Assembly (NCBI GenBank): GCA_965215125.1
Contig: OZ244052.1
Span: forward strand, 160,001-224,000
Direction: 5' to 3'
Length of the DNA: 64,000 nucleotides
DNA from: an uncultured candidatus Porisulfidus sp.
GTDB taxonomy: Bacteria; Pseudomonadota; Gammaproteobacteria; Poriferisulfidales; Oxydemutatoraceae
The notes under the pieces are model-generated. The model was not told the origin of the DNA. It saw only the letters and a list, made by a program, of their open reading frames with translations, and ran no database searches. Shown piece after piece: positions 31,301 to 46,300 of the stretch (positions are counted from its first letter, which is position 1; each line of letters starts with the position of its first letter). Position numbers and translations under genes: made by a program.

Positions 31301-34300
31301 TCACGGTATAAGTATTCGTCGTCTCGCCGGGAACGGCGACTTCGATTGTAATCGTATTTATTCCCAATTTTAGGCTTATATCCCGCGCTATGTGTTCACG
31401 AGCCCGATAGTGTTGCTCGTTTGCAATCATCGTAATCATTGCATTAGACCCGGCATAGGCTGCAACCGTAATCGTCTTTACGGAATTAGCAACCGTGGCA
31501 CTGTATTCTGTTACGAGACTGTCGAATTGCGGTGTGAGACTCTGCAATGGCTCAATATCCAAGTCGCTCAAATATTGACTCGGAGGACGATGCAGTTGAC
31601 CCGGAAGTAAAGTGCCGCATATCGGTAATATAACCGTGGTGTCGGTTGTAACACGACACGCCGGGTCGGCTTCGTCGCCTATTGCATATTTAATGCCCGG
31701 GTACTGCCTTGCGGTGCCGAAATCCCAATCGGTACCTTGCCATTCGAAATAGATATCACCCGCCCTACTCCCTGCGGTTGCGGCTCTGAGTTCGGTGCCG
31801 GTTTTGGCTTCGCCGCCTAGACTCATCGGTATGTCGGGGTTGACATCGCTATTACTATAGCTATTCGTGATCGTGAGGCTGCCGATATTGGTAGCTACTA
31901 TTCCACCTCGATCCTCCCCGACGATCCTTCCGATGGCATAAGTGTTAATAATTTTTGCCACTCCATTAGATGTTACACCGGATATGCCGCCGACTCCCGC
32001 ATCACCATTAACATCGGCAGTTGAATAGCTATTGATAATCGAATTATTACCGAATTGTCCCGCTAATCCACCCACATTATTGGTTCCTACTACCGTACCA
32101 TCACCGTAACTATTGGTAATTAATCCATTGCCAATTCCGACTAAAGCACCGACTCCCGCCGTTCCCCGTACATTGACATCTGCATGACTATTGATGATGC
32201 TACTGCCGGAGTTCGTATTACCGACTATTCCGCCTATTCTAAAACGTCCCGATATGTGGCCGGATACCGAACTATTGGTAATTTCCCCGTTGCTAACACC
32301 CGCTAGACCTGCCACTCTATCCTGCCCATGAATATTGACATTTGACAAATTGACATAATCAATTTTAGTCGAGCGTCCCGATATCGTACCAAACAAGCCA
32401 ACTCTGCTTTGATTTCTTCGATCAATTCGTAAATTGTAAATCGTGTAGTTATTTCCCTTGAAGGCACTCGTAAAATCGGATATCGGCTGCCAATTTGCAT
32501 AAGAACTTAAATCTACATCGCCTAGCAATTCATAACCTATACAAATATCGTCGGGACATCCTCTGGTAGACTTATTCTTATCCGATGATTCCTTAAAACC
32601 GCTCCCATCCGGTGCATAACGAACTGCATCCAAAGCACCCGCCGAACGAATGTCTATATAACCATCGTCATCTTGATCTATATCCACGGCGGTTAGCCCG
32701 GTATAGCGATTGACCGAGATTCTATAAGCGATATATGACTTGCCGTCTATTGCAAGGTCAATCGTGATTTGTTTATCGTTATCCACCGGTAGATCGGAAA
32801 TTAATTCGCCGCTGTTTATATTCTTTTTATAATTCGGATCGGCATCGCTACCGATAATAATCGTAGGTGTCGAATAGCTGTGCGATAACAACGGGATTAG
32901 CGTGAGCGTCGTCGTTTGTGGATATACCGTTAGTTTATAATCGTGTTCCAACATCGGGTGCAGTCTCGGATATAATGCGGCATCGGCTTCTACGCCGTCT
33001 ATAGATTCTTGTATCTCCAAACTTACTAAATTGAGATGCTGTCCGTCTATTAATTGACCTCTCATATCGCAGCGGATCCATTTTTCAGAAATAGCGGTGC
33101 TACATAAATCGTTGTCGTATTTGATTGCCGGATATTGTTCGTCGTTGCCGAAATCCCAATCGTTGTTGCTCCATTGATAATAAACCTCGGTCGAGGTACT
33201 GCCTGCCGCAGTCGGCATTCGGAGGGCTTCGGTGCTAACCGCCGACGCACCGCTACTGCTACTGTCGGTTATACCACTCACCGTGCTATCGCTATAACTA
33301 TTCCCGATTGAAGCCCCGTTGGAATTACCGACCAAACCGTCGATTAAAGACCTCCCGGCAACCGTAGCGACCGCATAGCTGTCGTTAATATTCACATTAC
33401 TATCGGCTTTGCCGACCAACCCCCCTACTTCCCTGTTCGCACTTACCGTAGCGATTGCATAACTATTGCTAAGTTGCGAGTAGTTATTCATAATACCGAC
33501 CAAGCCGCCCGCTTGATCGGAACCGCCACGAACATTGACGAATACATAACTATTCGTGATTCCGGAAATCTGCAATTCTTGACTTTCCAAAAAACCGACC
33601 AAGCCGCCGACACCTTCGTTGACCACCTCAACTTCGCCGGTCACGAAGCTATTGCTTATTCTCGATGAACTTGTTGCATGACCGGCGATGCCGCCGACAT
33701 TCCATAAACCCGATACATTAACATTCAACAAACCGATATTATCAATAGTCGCACCCGCAACTTTAGAAAAAAGCCCTGCCGGTAGTGCGGTGATATCGTT
33801 CACATATAGATTGGATATCGTGTAGCCGTTGCCGTTAAATATAGCGGTAAAAGGCTGTGTTTCGTCTCCGATCGGCGGCCAGCCTTGCCCGCCGGTCCAG
33901 GCATTTTTATTAGCCGGATTCTGTGTATCACGATAACTGGTGTGGTCCAGAAAATCCAAGTCATCGATCAGCTCATAACCTATACACCCACTCGCTACGG
34001 CGCAACCCGAAGTATCCGGGGAACCTCCGGGGCCGGCTACATAAGCACTGCCGTCCAAACGATAGCGTATCGCGTGTAAATCTTCCAAATTGTGAATTTC
34101 TATTAAGCCGTCGTTGTCGTAATCTATATCGCTATTATCGTATATACCGTCGTCGTCAAAATCTTTATCAATATTAATAAGATATCTCAGCGAGGCATTG
34201 CCGACTGTAGCATCCGCCGTCGTGATAATCGTAATCGTCGTATTAAACGACGGATCTACGGGGATCGTATAAGTTCGTGTACCGCTACTGGAGATTATCG

Positions 34301-37300
34301 AAAAGTCGGCATCCGCCGAACTCGTGATGCGTATCATCACCCAATCGGGATGCTCGGGCACCGGCATCAATTGAATATGCCGATTGTCAAAAAGAGAACG
34401 GATTTTATAATTAAAAATATCCTGCCTGAAATTCGGTTCCAAATGCGACTCGGACAAAGGTAATTCTATATCGATCAAAGTCGGGATGATTTCACGAAGG
34501 AGCATAACAGTATAGGTACGGGTCGTCTCACCGGGCGCGGTTATCTCTATCACGATAGAATTGAAACCTTCTCTTAACGAGATATTTTCCGATAATGTAC
34601 GGTCGGCGGTATATTGATCCTCGTTCACATTGAGCTTGATGCTTGCATCGAGACCTGCTGCCTGCATCGTAATCACGACAGTTTCGGTTGAATTGGAAAC
34701 CGTCGCTCTGTATGCGCTGTTAAGTGTATCAAACCGTGGGCTGAAATTCTTTACCGGTGCTATCGTCAAAGCGGTTAAGTACGAACCCGGCGGGCGGTGT
34801 AGTTGACCCGGAAGTAAAGTACCGCATATCGGTAATATCACCGTTGTATCGGTTGTGGCACGACACGCCGGGTCGGCTTCGTCGCCTATTGCATATTTGA
34901 TACCCGGGTATTGCGCCGCAGAACCAAAATCCCAATCTGCATCGCTCCAGTTGAGATAGATATCACCTGCGCTGCTTCCTGCGGTTCCGGTTTTGAGTTC
35001 GGCAGTTGTTTTGGCTATACCGCTACTATTATTCGTCGGTATATCGGGGTTGATAGTCCTATTCCAGTAGCTATTATTCGCCGTAACAAAATACGGAATA
35101 ATCCCGCCGCGTTGACTACCTTGTACTCTACCGATAGCATAAGAATTAACAACTCTATCAAATTCGGTCAAAGGTAAATCACCGACTATGCCGCCGCTGC
35201 GTTGATGGCCGGTGACATCTACGGCTGCATAGCTATCGGTAATCGTAACGAGATTTAAGTAGCCAACCAATCCTCCCAGTCGATTAGAGCTATCGTTCCT
35301 TTGTGTTACAGTGCCTATGGCATAACTGTTGTTAATCGGAGCGTCGGTGGACCCGATCAAACCACCGACTCGATTATTTCCCATTAACTCGATCGTTGCA
35401 TAGCTGTTGATTAAGCCGCCTGTTCTATATAGGATACCGGCGATTCCTCCTATATATGCGTTGCCGACGATGCGACCCGATACCGAACTATTATTAATCT
35501 TGCCGCGACCGTTAGCTACTAAACCGGCAACCTGATTCCATCCCCGAACATTTACACTCGCCAGATTGACATAATTAATTTTAGAGTCTTCCGATATCGA
35601 GGCAAACAGGGCAACATCGTTTTGCTCACTTCTGTTTATAGATAGATTGGAGATCGTATAACCGTTGCCGTTGAATACAGTATTGAAATTTGCTATCGGT
35701 TGCCAATTTGCATAAGTACTCAAATCCACATCGTTTGCCAATTCATAACCTATACAAATATCGTCGGGGCATCCTCTGGTAGACTTGCTCCTATCCGCCG
35801 CTTCTCTAAAACCGGTGCCGTCGGTTTGATAACGGAGTGCCGATAATCCGTCGGGTGAACGAATATCTATATAGCCGTCGTCATCGCTATCTATATCGAT
35901 AGCAGTCAGGTCGGTGTAATAGTTTATTAAAATACCGTGTGAAACGAATGGTTTCTCGTCCACATGCAAGGCAACGACAATCTTCGCACCGTTATCCACC
36001 GGAACACCCGAAACGCGGCCACCGCTTGCCACCGCCGATTCGTAACCCGCATCGTTGCCGATAACGATAGTCGCCGTCGAGTGGGTTTTAGACAAAGTCG
36101 GAATTAGGGTGACGGTGGTCGTGCGATCATAAACCGTCAAAGTATAATCGTCTCTGAATAGACTGAGCTGCTCCGGAAATAGTAGCGAATCAAACGCTTC
36201 ACCGTCTATGTGCTCTATGATTTGCAAATCTACCAAACTCAGGTGTTGTCCGGATAACGATTCACCTTCGAAATCGCAGCGCACCCACTTTGTGGGAATA
36301 GAAATATCGCATAAATCGTTATTGTATTTGACTGCCGGATATTGTTCGGCATCACCGAAACTCCAGTTGTCGGTACTCCATTGATAATAAATTTCGGTGG
36401 CGGTACTGCCTGCCGTAGTCGGCATTTGTAGTGCTTCGGTGCTAACAGCCATCCTACCACCTGCGATGCCGCTGATGGTGCTATCCCAATAACTATTACC
36501 GAGCAAAGTACCATTAGAATTACCGATCAGCCCACCCAGCATAGTATTTCCTTGCACGATCGGAATTGCATAACTATTATTGATTTGAGCATCGCCATGA
36601 CCTCTGCCGACCAAACCACCCAACTCTCGGTCTCCGATTAGATTGCTTATCGCATAACTATCGTCTATTGAAGTCGTGCCGTTCATATTGCCGACCAAGC
36701 CCCCCACCAAACCGGTATCCGAAACTATCTCGGCAACCACATAACTATTCTTAATTTCGGATTTCTCGGATGTCATCGCTTCCAATGAACCGACCAAACC
36801 GCCGGCACTTCTATTAGCCGTCGCAATATCACCGGTCACGAAACTATTGCTTATTATCGAAGCATCGCTTGCTCGACCGACAAGCCCTCCGGTATCCCAC
36901 GCCCCGGTGATCTTTACATTCAATAAACCGACATAATCGATTATCGCTCCCGAAGTCCGAGAAAAAAATCCTATCGGAAATCCGCTCGTGTTATAAATAA
37001 ATAAATTAGAGATTGTGTAACCGTTGCCGTTGAAGATGCCCGTATAAGGTTGCGCGCCGGTACCCAAGGGAAGCCATCCTCCTCCGGTGGTCCAAGCTAT
37101 TTTATTAGCCCTACGAGTTATCGCATCACGATAACTGCTATCGTCCAGAAAATCCAAATTTTTGGTGAGCTCGTATCCTATACAACCACTTCCGGTGGCA
37201 CAACCGGTCGTGTCTTTGGGTTCTCCGGCGCGAATAACATAACCGCTACCGTCTAATTGAAAACGCATTCTATCCAAGTCTTCGAGACTGTGAACCTCTA

Positions 37301-40300
37301 TCAAACCATCGTTGTCGTCGTCTACATCCATTCCGTTGGGAATGCCGTCGCCGTCGCTATCCTGTACAACATTGATTTGATAGACCACCGAAATAGCGGT
37401 GCTTACGATAGCGGTACTTACGGTGATCGTAATCGTCGTATTGGACAATGTATCCAGGGGAATCGCTGCGCTTCGAATACCACTCTCGGCAGCGAGAGAA
37501 AAATCGGGATCCGCCGAGCTCGTGATATTAATGCTCGCCGAGGCGGTACTGCTTAGCGTAGCGATCAAACTAATATCACTTATATCAAGAGAAGTATGCA
37601 GACTATAATTAAATACACTGCTCTCAAAATTCGGCTGCAAGTTCGCATCGCTCAAAGATAAATCCAGATCACTCAAAAAAGCGATATCGGCACCCCGATT
37701 AGGTCCGGTGACCAGTAGCGTATATGATTTTGTAGAAAAACCGTCACCCGAGGTCGATTTTATCTTAATATCGTTTATGTATTGATTGCCGTCTAAATTA
37801 ACCGCTTGACTCAAACTACCGATTCCTTCGCCGAAGGTGTCCGGGGTGCAGGTGCCGCAAGTTCCGGTAATGACTGCATTCTTGTGTGCCGCTTCCGCTT
37901 TGACTACGACATTTCCGGTAGAGATACGCACAATATAACTACCTTGCTCGCTGTCAAAACCTTTTACTAAATTGATCTCCGACTCGCTTTCGTATAACTC
38001 CAGTTTTGCCAATGCCGCCTCGCTACCCGCTTCTCTGGTCACCGCCAAAGTATAGCTTCGGGTTGTCGTTTGATCCGGCGATGTCACTAAAATTACAACC
38101 GTCTTTAGTTCCCCTGCGTCCGCCAGTGCGACATTCACCGTAGCGGTGTTCACTGTCGGAGGATTACCGTCTATCGCGATTGTCGCCTCGCTCTCGCCGG
38201 CCTGCGCATCGATGCCGAGTATAGTCGTTTCAACCGGCATACTGACTTCATAATGACTCAGACGAGGCTGAAACTCAAACGGTAAATTGCTGGGTGGTGA
38301 CAACTTGATATAAGCCAAGTCGGCATTATCGCTTTGCGCTTCGGCACGAATGATTTTCAGTAGATAACGCCTGCTTATTTCTTTATCCTCGGAAGTCACG
38401 ACCACACTGACAGTCGTAGTTTGCCCGGCACCGAGATCGGTAATCTCGGTATTGGCTTCCCTATTTATAATATCTACGGGTATTCCGTTTATCGTAATAG
38501 TAGCATTTTGATCGGCAACTCGCGCGGTCAACAAAACCGAAATCACACTGTTGCCGAACGATACGGTACAATCGGTGTTGCAACGCTCAAAATCTAAATT
38601 ACCGGGCGTTATCGATAAATCCTCTAGATTCGCATTATTGTTAAGCCTATGTATTTCTATGATACTGGATTGCTCGGAACCGTCCACGGCGCGCACCGTA
38701 ATCGTTATTGATCTTGTTCCGGTGCGCAAATCGAATTCCATTTCGCGTACACCGGTCGTGAAGTTGTCTCCGTCTATGCTCAACTCTGCACCGACATGAG
38801 CAGCCTCGGCTATCAGCGTAATTACATCCTCGCCACGCTTGACTCCTGCGCGATACCTTATAATTTCCTCATCTTCATCGGTAGAGATTCGTTGCAAATC
38901 AATCAGGCGCGTGCCTGCTTTTAAGCTCAATCTTCTCAAGCTTGCATCGTCGGCACCCGGCCCCCGATAAGTAACCGGTCTGGATCCGACAAAATTGCGA
39001 AAACCTTGTCCATCCGTATAGCCAATCCATACACCATAGCGACGATTGGGGCTTACATTTCTAAGCGAGTAGGTGCTACTGGTCGCACCCGCTATAGGAA
39101 ACGAGAAATCAGTATTAGGCAAGTAGATTTGCCAGCTATATCTAATAGAAGGATTCGGACTTACGCCATCGGGATCCTCGGACAAATCAAGTTTCACAAC
39201 ATAATTTTCACCTTCCTGCACCGGAGCACCCACAAAGATAACGCCGTTTTGAACTTTCTCAATTTCCAACTGTATTTTATTAGTGGCAATTATGTTGCGA
39301 TACTTTAATTTCAAGACTAAATCCAGATAACTATACTGAGCAGTCGGTCCCTGAACTAGGTTTGTGGGTATCGTCGGCAACTGCAAAGTAGCATTGGTTT
39401 TTATCGTATCCTGCAACAAATTGATGCCCGATAAATCAATCCATTCATAACTTATATCCTCACTACTGTCTTCGATTTCCATAGTGGCTTCGCCGGGGAA
39501 TGTTGCCCATATATCATAACCTCCTATAAGCCGTTCACCGGAAGCACCTTCGGATATTGTATAGCTGTCGTCTAGCTGATGATAAGGAGTAGCGAAGCTC
39601 GGAACGATATTAACCACATCCAAATTATAGAAAAGGCGAATCCTTTGATACGGCAAAAAAGTTGTATCCCTATGGTACATACGCAAGAGGTTGATATCAC
39701 GAATAATGGTATACGGTTGCCCGTTATCGACCACATTACGTTCTATACTCATATAACTAAGGGTTTCGGGATTTTCTACAAACGGAGTGACTTCGACTCG
39801 TCTCTCGGTGCCGCCGACGACGATGGAGTAATTGCCTACATTACTTCTAATCCTCGGCAATACTAACCGATTCTCATCCACAGCAATTTCTTGCAATCCC
39901 ATACGCTGATATCCCAGCAGTTTTGTGCAACTACCGGGATCGGCTTCAACCGCACATTCCGAATTCCTAATCGCAGGATAGTGTCTATCGCTACCGAAAT
40001 TCCAATCGCTAATAAGCCAATCTCTATATATTCCGGTGGCGGTGGTCGGTGTTTTAAGTTCCGCGCTATTCTTGCCTCTGCTATCATTCTCGTCGGATAT
40101 TCCGCTAAGTTCGGTATCCCAATAGCTATCTTCTACTAGGGCTTTGTTGATTTCAAAACCGATTAAGCCACCTCTGGGATGATTTCCCGAAACTTTACCG
40201 GTTGCATAGCTATTTTGGATATTACTTATATTAAAGCCCACCAAACCACCGATATCGCCGATCGGACCGGTCGCTCTTATATTACCTATCGCATAACTAT

Positions 40301-43300
40301 CTCGAATAACACTGTTATCTACATTAATACCTGTCAATCCCCCGATCAAACTGTATGCGGTTATAGGTATACTCGCATGGCTATGGGCAATAAGACTGCC
40401 TCGGGTATTGCCTCCGACCAAGCCGCCCACATATTGGCTTTTCCCCGAGCATGTTATAACGGTAGACGGTGTGGTATTTATGAACGATAGGTTCTGTATG
40501 TACGCGAAACTATAGTCTATGATCCCACCGTCGTTGCGGCCGACTAGACCACCGAACCATTGCCCGCCGTCGCAAATTATTTCGGGACGATCTACGAAGC
40601 TGTTGCTAATGGTGCCCGAATTTCTACCGACCAAACCACCGAGATGGCTGTTGCCTCTTATATAAGCGTCGAAAGCCGCAACACGAGAGATATGTCCGGC
40701 GTTATTTGCCGCTAAAGCACCGGCCTCTATACTGCCGATAATGATCGGTCTATTAAAAACCATATGGCTGATTTTTGCATCCTCACCGATTTCCCCGAAA
40801 AATCCTGCAGAGGTTCTATTGTACACCCACAGACCAAAGAGTCTTTGACTATTACCGTCGAATACAGCGTTGAATTTATTATCGGCAGAGCCGATCGGAG
40901 GCCATCCGAGAACGGCCGATTCTTCCGGAAAAAATACCCGTGGCCAAAGCTTTCTATTCTCCAGTCTCCAATAATAACGTCCCACTTGTGCAACCGTATC
41001 GCTCGCTTCCCCTATATCTAAAGTTCTAACCATCTCATAACCGCGGCATTTCTCTATGCCATCGACCAAGGGACAACCTGCGCTAAGTAGAACCGCAGTG
41101 CTACTCGCTCTATAACCGGCACCATCCATCTGATAACGCATCACATTAAGCTCATCTACATATCTGAGTTCGATCAAACCGTCGCCGTCTTCGTCCACAT
41201 CCAATTGATGCGGCAATACACTCTCGCAACTCGGGCGGCCGCTTCCGCTACATGCAGGTAGTGCGGTGTCGGATCCCGGCGCATATCTAAGAAATGGATA
41301 TCTAGGATAGCTTTCCTCCGGGCTACCGAATTTCCAATCCTCATTCCTCCAGGTACGGTAAGTCGTCCCTTCTAAGCCACCATTACTTTGAGATGTTTGC
41401 AGTTCTTTGACAAATCTAGGACTGCCATTGAAAGAGTCAAGAATAAATTGCGGTTCAACATTCCAATGACAATTACCCGAAATGCCGTCGTGATTGGATC
41501 CAATCAGCATCTTACCCACATGATTATAAAAATCGGTATACGGTTCTACCAAGCTGAGACCTGTAAAGTAGCATTTATTAAGTTCTGCCCTATTCGCTCC
41601 GATCACACCACCGATTTGTCTACGTCCGAATACATTAGCCCTAACATAGACATCGCTGATCGTCGCACCGTCGTCGTTAAGGCCTGTGAGGCCACCGACT
41701 CGATAATTTTCTCCTACACCTCTGACTTCACCCATCACATAACTGTTGATAATATCGCCTCCGTTGTTCCAACCGACCAAGCCACCTACTCGGGTATTCC
41801 CGGTCCGCCGACCGATTGCGAAGCTGTTGGCAATCACTCCGCCGTTGTTCCATCCGATTAATCCACCTACATTATTTCGCCCGTTAATGTCGATCTGTAG
41901 CAAACCGATATTAAAGATAGTACTGGCACTCGTAACACCGAATAAAGCGATATAATCGCTATCCGCTCTGTCTATCATAAGATTGAAAATCGTATGGCCG
42001 TTACCGTCAAAAATAGCTCTAAAGGGTTGACGACCGGTTCCTATCGGATTCCAGCCTGCCCCGGTAGTCCAAGCGGTTTTATCCGACTGGTTCAGATAAT
42101 CCGCTTCATCTAAAAAGTCCAAATCCGATCGTAGTTCAAAGCCTTTGCAGCCACCGTTCCGAGGGCAACCGGTTGTATTCTTAACATCTTCGGCATCTTC
42201 CATATAACCGCTGCCGTCTAAGTTATGGCGGATTGCGTTCAACCCGTGCAAACTATAAATTTCTATCAACCCGTCGCCGTCGGCATCTATATCGCCGCTA
42301 TCGAGAATACCGTCGCCGTCGGCATCTCGCCTGACATCGATTCGATATATCACCGAGTCCTCTCCGCGATCCAAGCTCGTTGTTACGATGATCGTAATAA
42401 TCGTAGCAGCACTCAAATTCAACGGGATTGCATCGCTTTGCATACCGCTTTGCGCATTAATAGAAAAGCCGCTATCCGCCGAACTCAAGATATTGATGGT
42501 GACCGATTCGGTACTCGCCAAGGTCGGTGTCACTTGCAACTGTCGTATCCCCAGAGGTGCGTTGAGTATATAGTCGGATAACTCACCTTCAAAACGCGGT
42601 TGCAAATAAGCATAATCCAAAGATAATTCTAAATTTTCTAATCGTTGCGCACGATCGGACTCTCTAATCACCGTCAAGTGATAGCTCTTCATCGTCGTTC
42701 TATCGGGTGATTCTACGGTAATCGTAATTGGGGTTTCTTGCTCTATGTCCGCTAGCATGATATCCGCCGTGGCGGCACGAACAGACAAAGGCCGATTGTT
42801 TATTGCAACAAATCCCTGACCCTCGCTCGCTTGCGCATGCACTCGAAGTATTCGTGTCGGAGTAGAAACACCGATCCGGTATTGATCGATGTCGCGACTA
42901 AACATAAGCGGTAAATTACCGGGTGGCGATATTTGCAGGTCGGCGAGATCGGCATTATCGCTTCGTGCGACTGCCCGAACTATGCCGAGCCTATAGGTCT
43001 TCGTCGTCTCTCTATCTGCGGCGGTTACCACGATAGTAACGATATTCTCAATATTTACGGCTAAATTAGCGACATCCGTACTCGCAACACCATCTCTCAA
43101 TACGGCAGGCACACCGTCTATAGCGATACTCGCCTCTCTATCGGCAATTTCTGCCGTCACCGAAGCCGCATTAATACTATTATCTACGGTGATGGTACAG
43201 TCGGTATCACAGCGACTAAAGTCCAAGTTGCCCGGGATTACCGCTAAATCCCTTAAATTCGCATTATTACTTTTCCTACGCTTCACTGCAACGGTATAAG

Positions 43301-46300
43301 TTTGTGTATTTCCGTTCGGGGCACGCGCTTCTATCTCTATCAGGTTCGTACCGACTTCCACACCGATATCCACCGTTCGCTCATTCAATAAAAAGTGATC
43401 TCCGTTTATGCTCAATGCGGTAAGATTATGGCGAGTTGCCACTACCAGCGCAACAGTATCTATGTTGTTCACAACCTCTGCTTCGTACCGAGTTGCCGTA
43501 CTTTCTATGGTAAAAGACGGAGTCAAAGCAACGACATCACCATCCGCTCTCAATTCCAACTTTTCCAAACCTATATCTTCGGAGTTCGGATCGTTATAAG
43601 TAATCGGAAGTGATACAAGCCGTTGCGAATAATTTTGCCCGTCTGTATACTCAACCCATACGCGATATTGATTATCTTGAATCGCATTCGCAAAAAGATA
43701 ATAGGAATTCGTCCCATTTTCTATATCGCGCCAAGGTTCCGAATCGGACGCACGGGTCTGCCATTGGTATTCGAGCCTCGGGTTCGGACTAACTCCGTCC
43801 GGATCTTCCGACAGATCGACGGCAATTCCGTATCGGTCGGGCTCTATGAACGGAGCCTCCAGCGAAATGGAACCATTGTTAGCTTTAATAACCCTCAAAG
43901 TGATCGTTCTATTGCTACTCGTTTCACGATAGCGTATATTCAAACGTAGTTTAATATCGCTCAATTCGATATTCTCCGGGATCATAGCTACGGGTATTTG
44001 AGGCACCATCAAATTAATCTGCCGAGTATCCACCGTCGATAAAATATCGCTGCCCGACAAATCACTCCATAAATAGCTCAGATGCATGCCGGCGGAGATT
44101 TCCTCAAAAGCATCTCTATCAAATACAGTGGATATTCTGCCAAGTAACAATTCGCCTTCCAACTCGGAATCCAAAACATCGCCCTCGGTGATTGAAATGA
44201 TGCCACCTTCGTCCAGCTCCTCGTTGTTATAATTAATTTTGGTAATCATCCTATTTATATAAAATGTAAGAGAAACACTTCTACTTCTATGCGAAACGAA
44301 ATTGAAGTTGGATTTTTGTATGTCTATACGAAATTCGTCAAAAACTCTAAACCTATGTGTTTGCCGATCGTCTAAATCAGTATTTCTGATTCTCATAGAA
44401 TAAAGCCTACTCGGATCGTCTACAAAAGGCGTTACTTCAATTTCCCTTTGGCCTTCCGGAACAACTATATCGTAGATTGCCCGCGGCGGCCTGAGCTGCG
44501 GGACTAAGGTATTATGCGGTGGCAAAAGCAATGCCTGCAATGTCAAACGTTGTGCTCCCAATAATTGCATACACGCGTCGGGATCAACTTCGTTCACACA
44601 AACAGGAGACTTGATTACCGGATATTGTAAATCGCTACCGAAATCCCAATCGACATGATGCCAATTCGTGTATATCTCGGTTGCAGTGGTCGACTTTTTA
44701 AGCTGTTCGCCAGGCAAGCCCGTACCGCCGGCACTTTGCGATAATCCACTCAGCTCGGTATTCCAATAGCTATCTATTACCGAACCATTTTCGTCCGTAG
44801 AACCGACCAAACCGCCTATAGCATCCCTTCCCGACACCTTTCCGATCGAATAGCTATTAGCAATTCTGCCGGTATTAACACCGACCAAACCACCGACCTG
44901 ACCGGAAGAAGCTCCGAGCGTGCTGATTGCTTCCACATCCTCGAGTGCATAACTGTTTTCAATATCGCTCCCCTCGCTATTGAGACCTACCAAGCCACCT
45001 ATCGAACTCCCCCCCGTTACCAACACTTGCGCAAAGCTGTGGGTGACCGTACTATTCTCGGTATTGCCTCCGACCAAACCACCGATATACCGACTTCCTT
45101 CCGAGCAGAATATCCTGTTGAAGTATCTATCGAATGTATGGACATAACTATAGGAGAGCATCGCACCTTTATCGTTGCGCCCTACTAGACCACCGTGCCA
45201 TTGTCCGGCACCGCATCTCATGTCCAAATCGTTTATAAAGGTATTGTGTATAGTGCCGTTATTCGTACCGACTAAGCCACCGACGAGGCTATCCCCTTCT
45301 ACAAAACCGAAATAAAGACCGATTTCACTAACACTGCCCGAGTTACTAGCCGCTAAAGTACCGACCTCGGTACCACCGACAACCCTCGGAAATAAAAAAA
45401 GAACACCGTTGACTTCGGCATTCCTACTTATGTCTGCAAAAAATCCGGCAGCCGATCGATTATCCAACCATAAATCATGGAGGCCATATCTATTGCCTTC
45501 AAATACTGCATCTAAGCCATCACCGGCTAAACCGATCGGTGGCCATCCCGAACCGACACGTTCTCGCGGTGACCAAAGATGTCTATTTTCAATGTTCCAA
45601 TAATAATAGTCTATCTCGGTATCGTTATCGTCTATACCTCCGAAACCCATCTCTCTAGCAAGTTCATAACCTCTGCATTTTTCTATGCCGTTGACGACGG
45701 GGCAACCTTTGCCGACTAAGGTCGCCGAGCTGTTCGCTCTATAACCCATACCATCCAACTGATAACGCATCGCATTAAGTTCCTCTATATATCTGAGTTC
45801 TATCAAGCCGTCGTTATCTTGATCTATATCAAATTGATCGGGCAACATACTCCCACAGCGCGGCATTTCCGTTGTGCTACAAACCGATAAACCGGCGACG
45901 GAACCTGTCTTATATTTAAGCATCGGGTATTGCGGATAATTATGCTCTATGTTGGCGAATTCCCAATCGTCGCTACTCCATGTGTAGAATATACTATCCG
46001 AATCACTATCTTGACCGACTTGTGTTTGAAGGCTTTTAGTAACCGCAGCACCGTCAAGAGAGTGTGTACCCTGAACGGAATCAAAGTTAAATTGACTCTC
46101 AAAATTCCAATGGCTCATGTTTATTGTCCCTCCCTGATTGGATCCTGCGATGCCACCGCCGAGATTTTGAAATATATCTACAGACGGCGTAACCCGACTG
46201 ATACCGGTGGCATAACTTTTAGTAATATCGGCACTGTTTACCCCGACTATGCCACCGACCTTATCTCGCCCGCTCACATTGCTTCGGGTGTAGCAGTTAA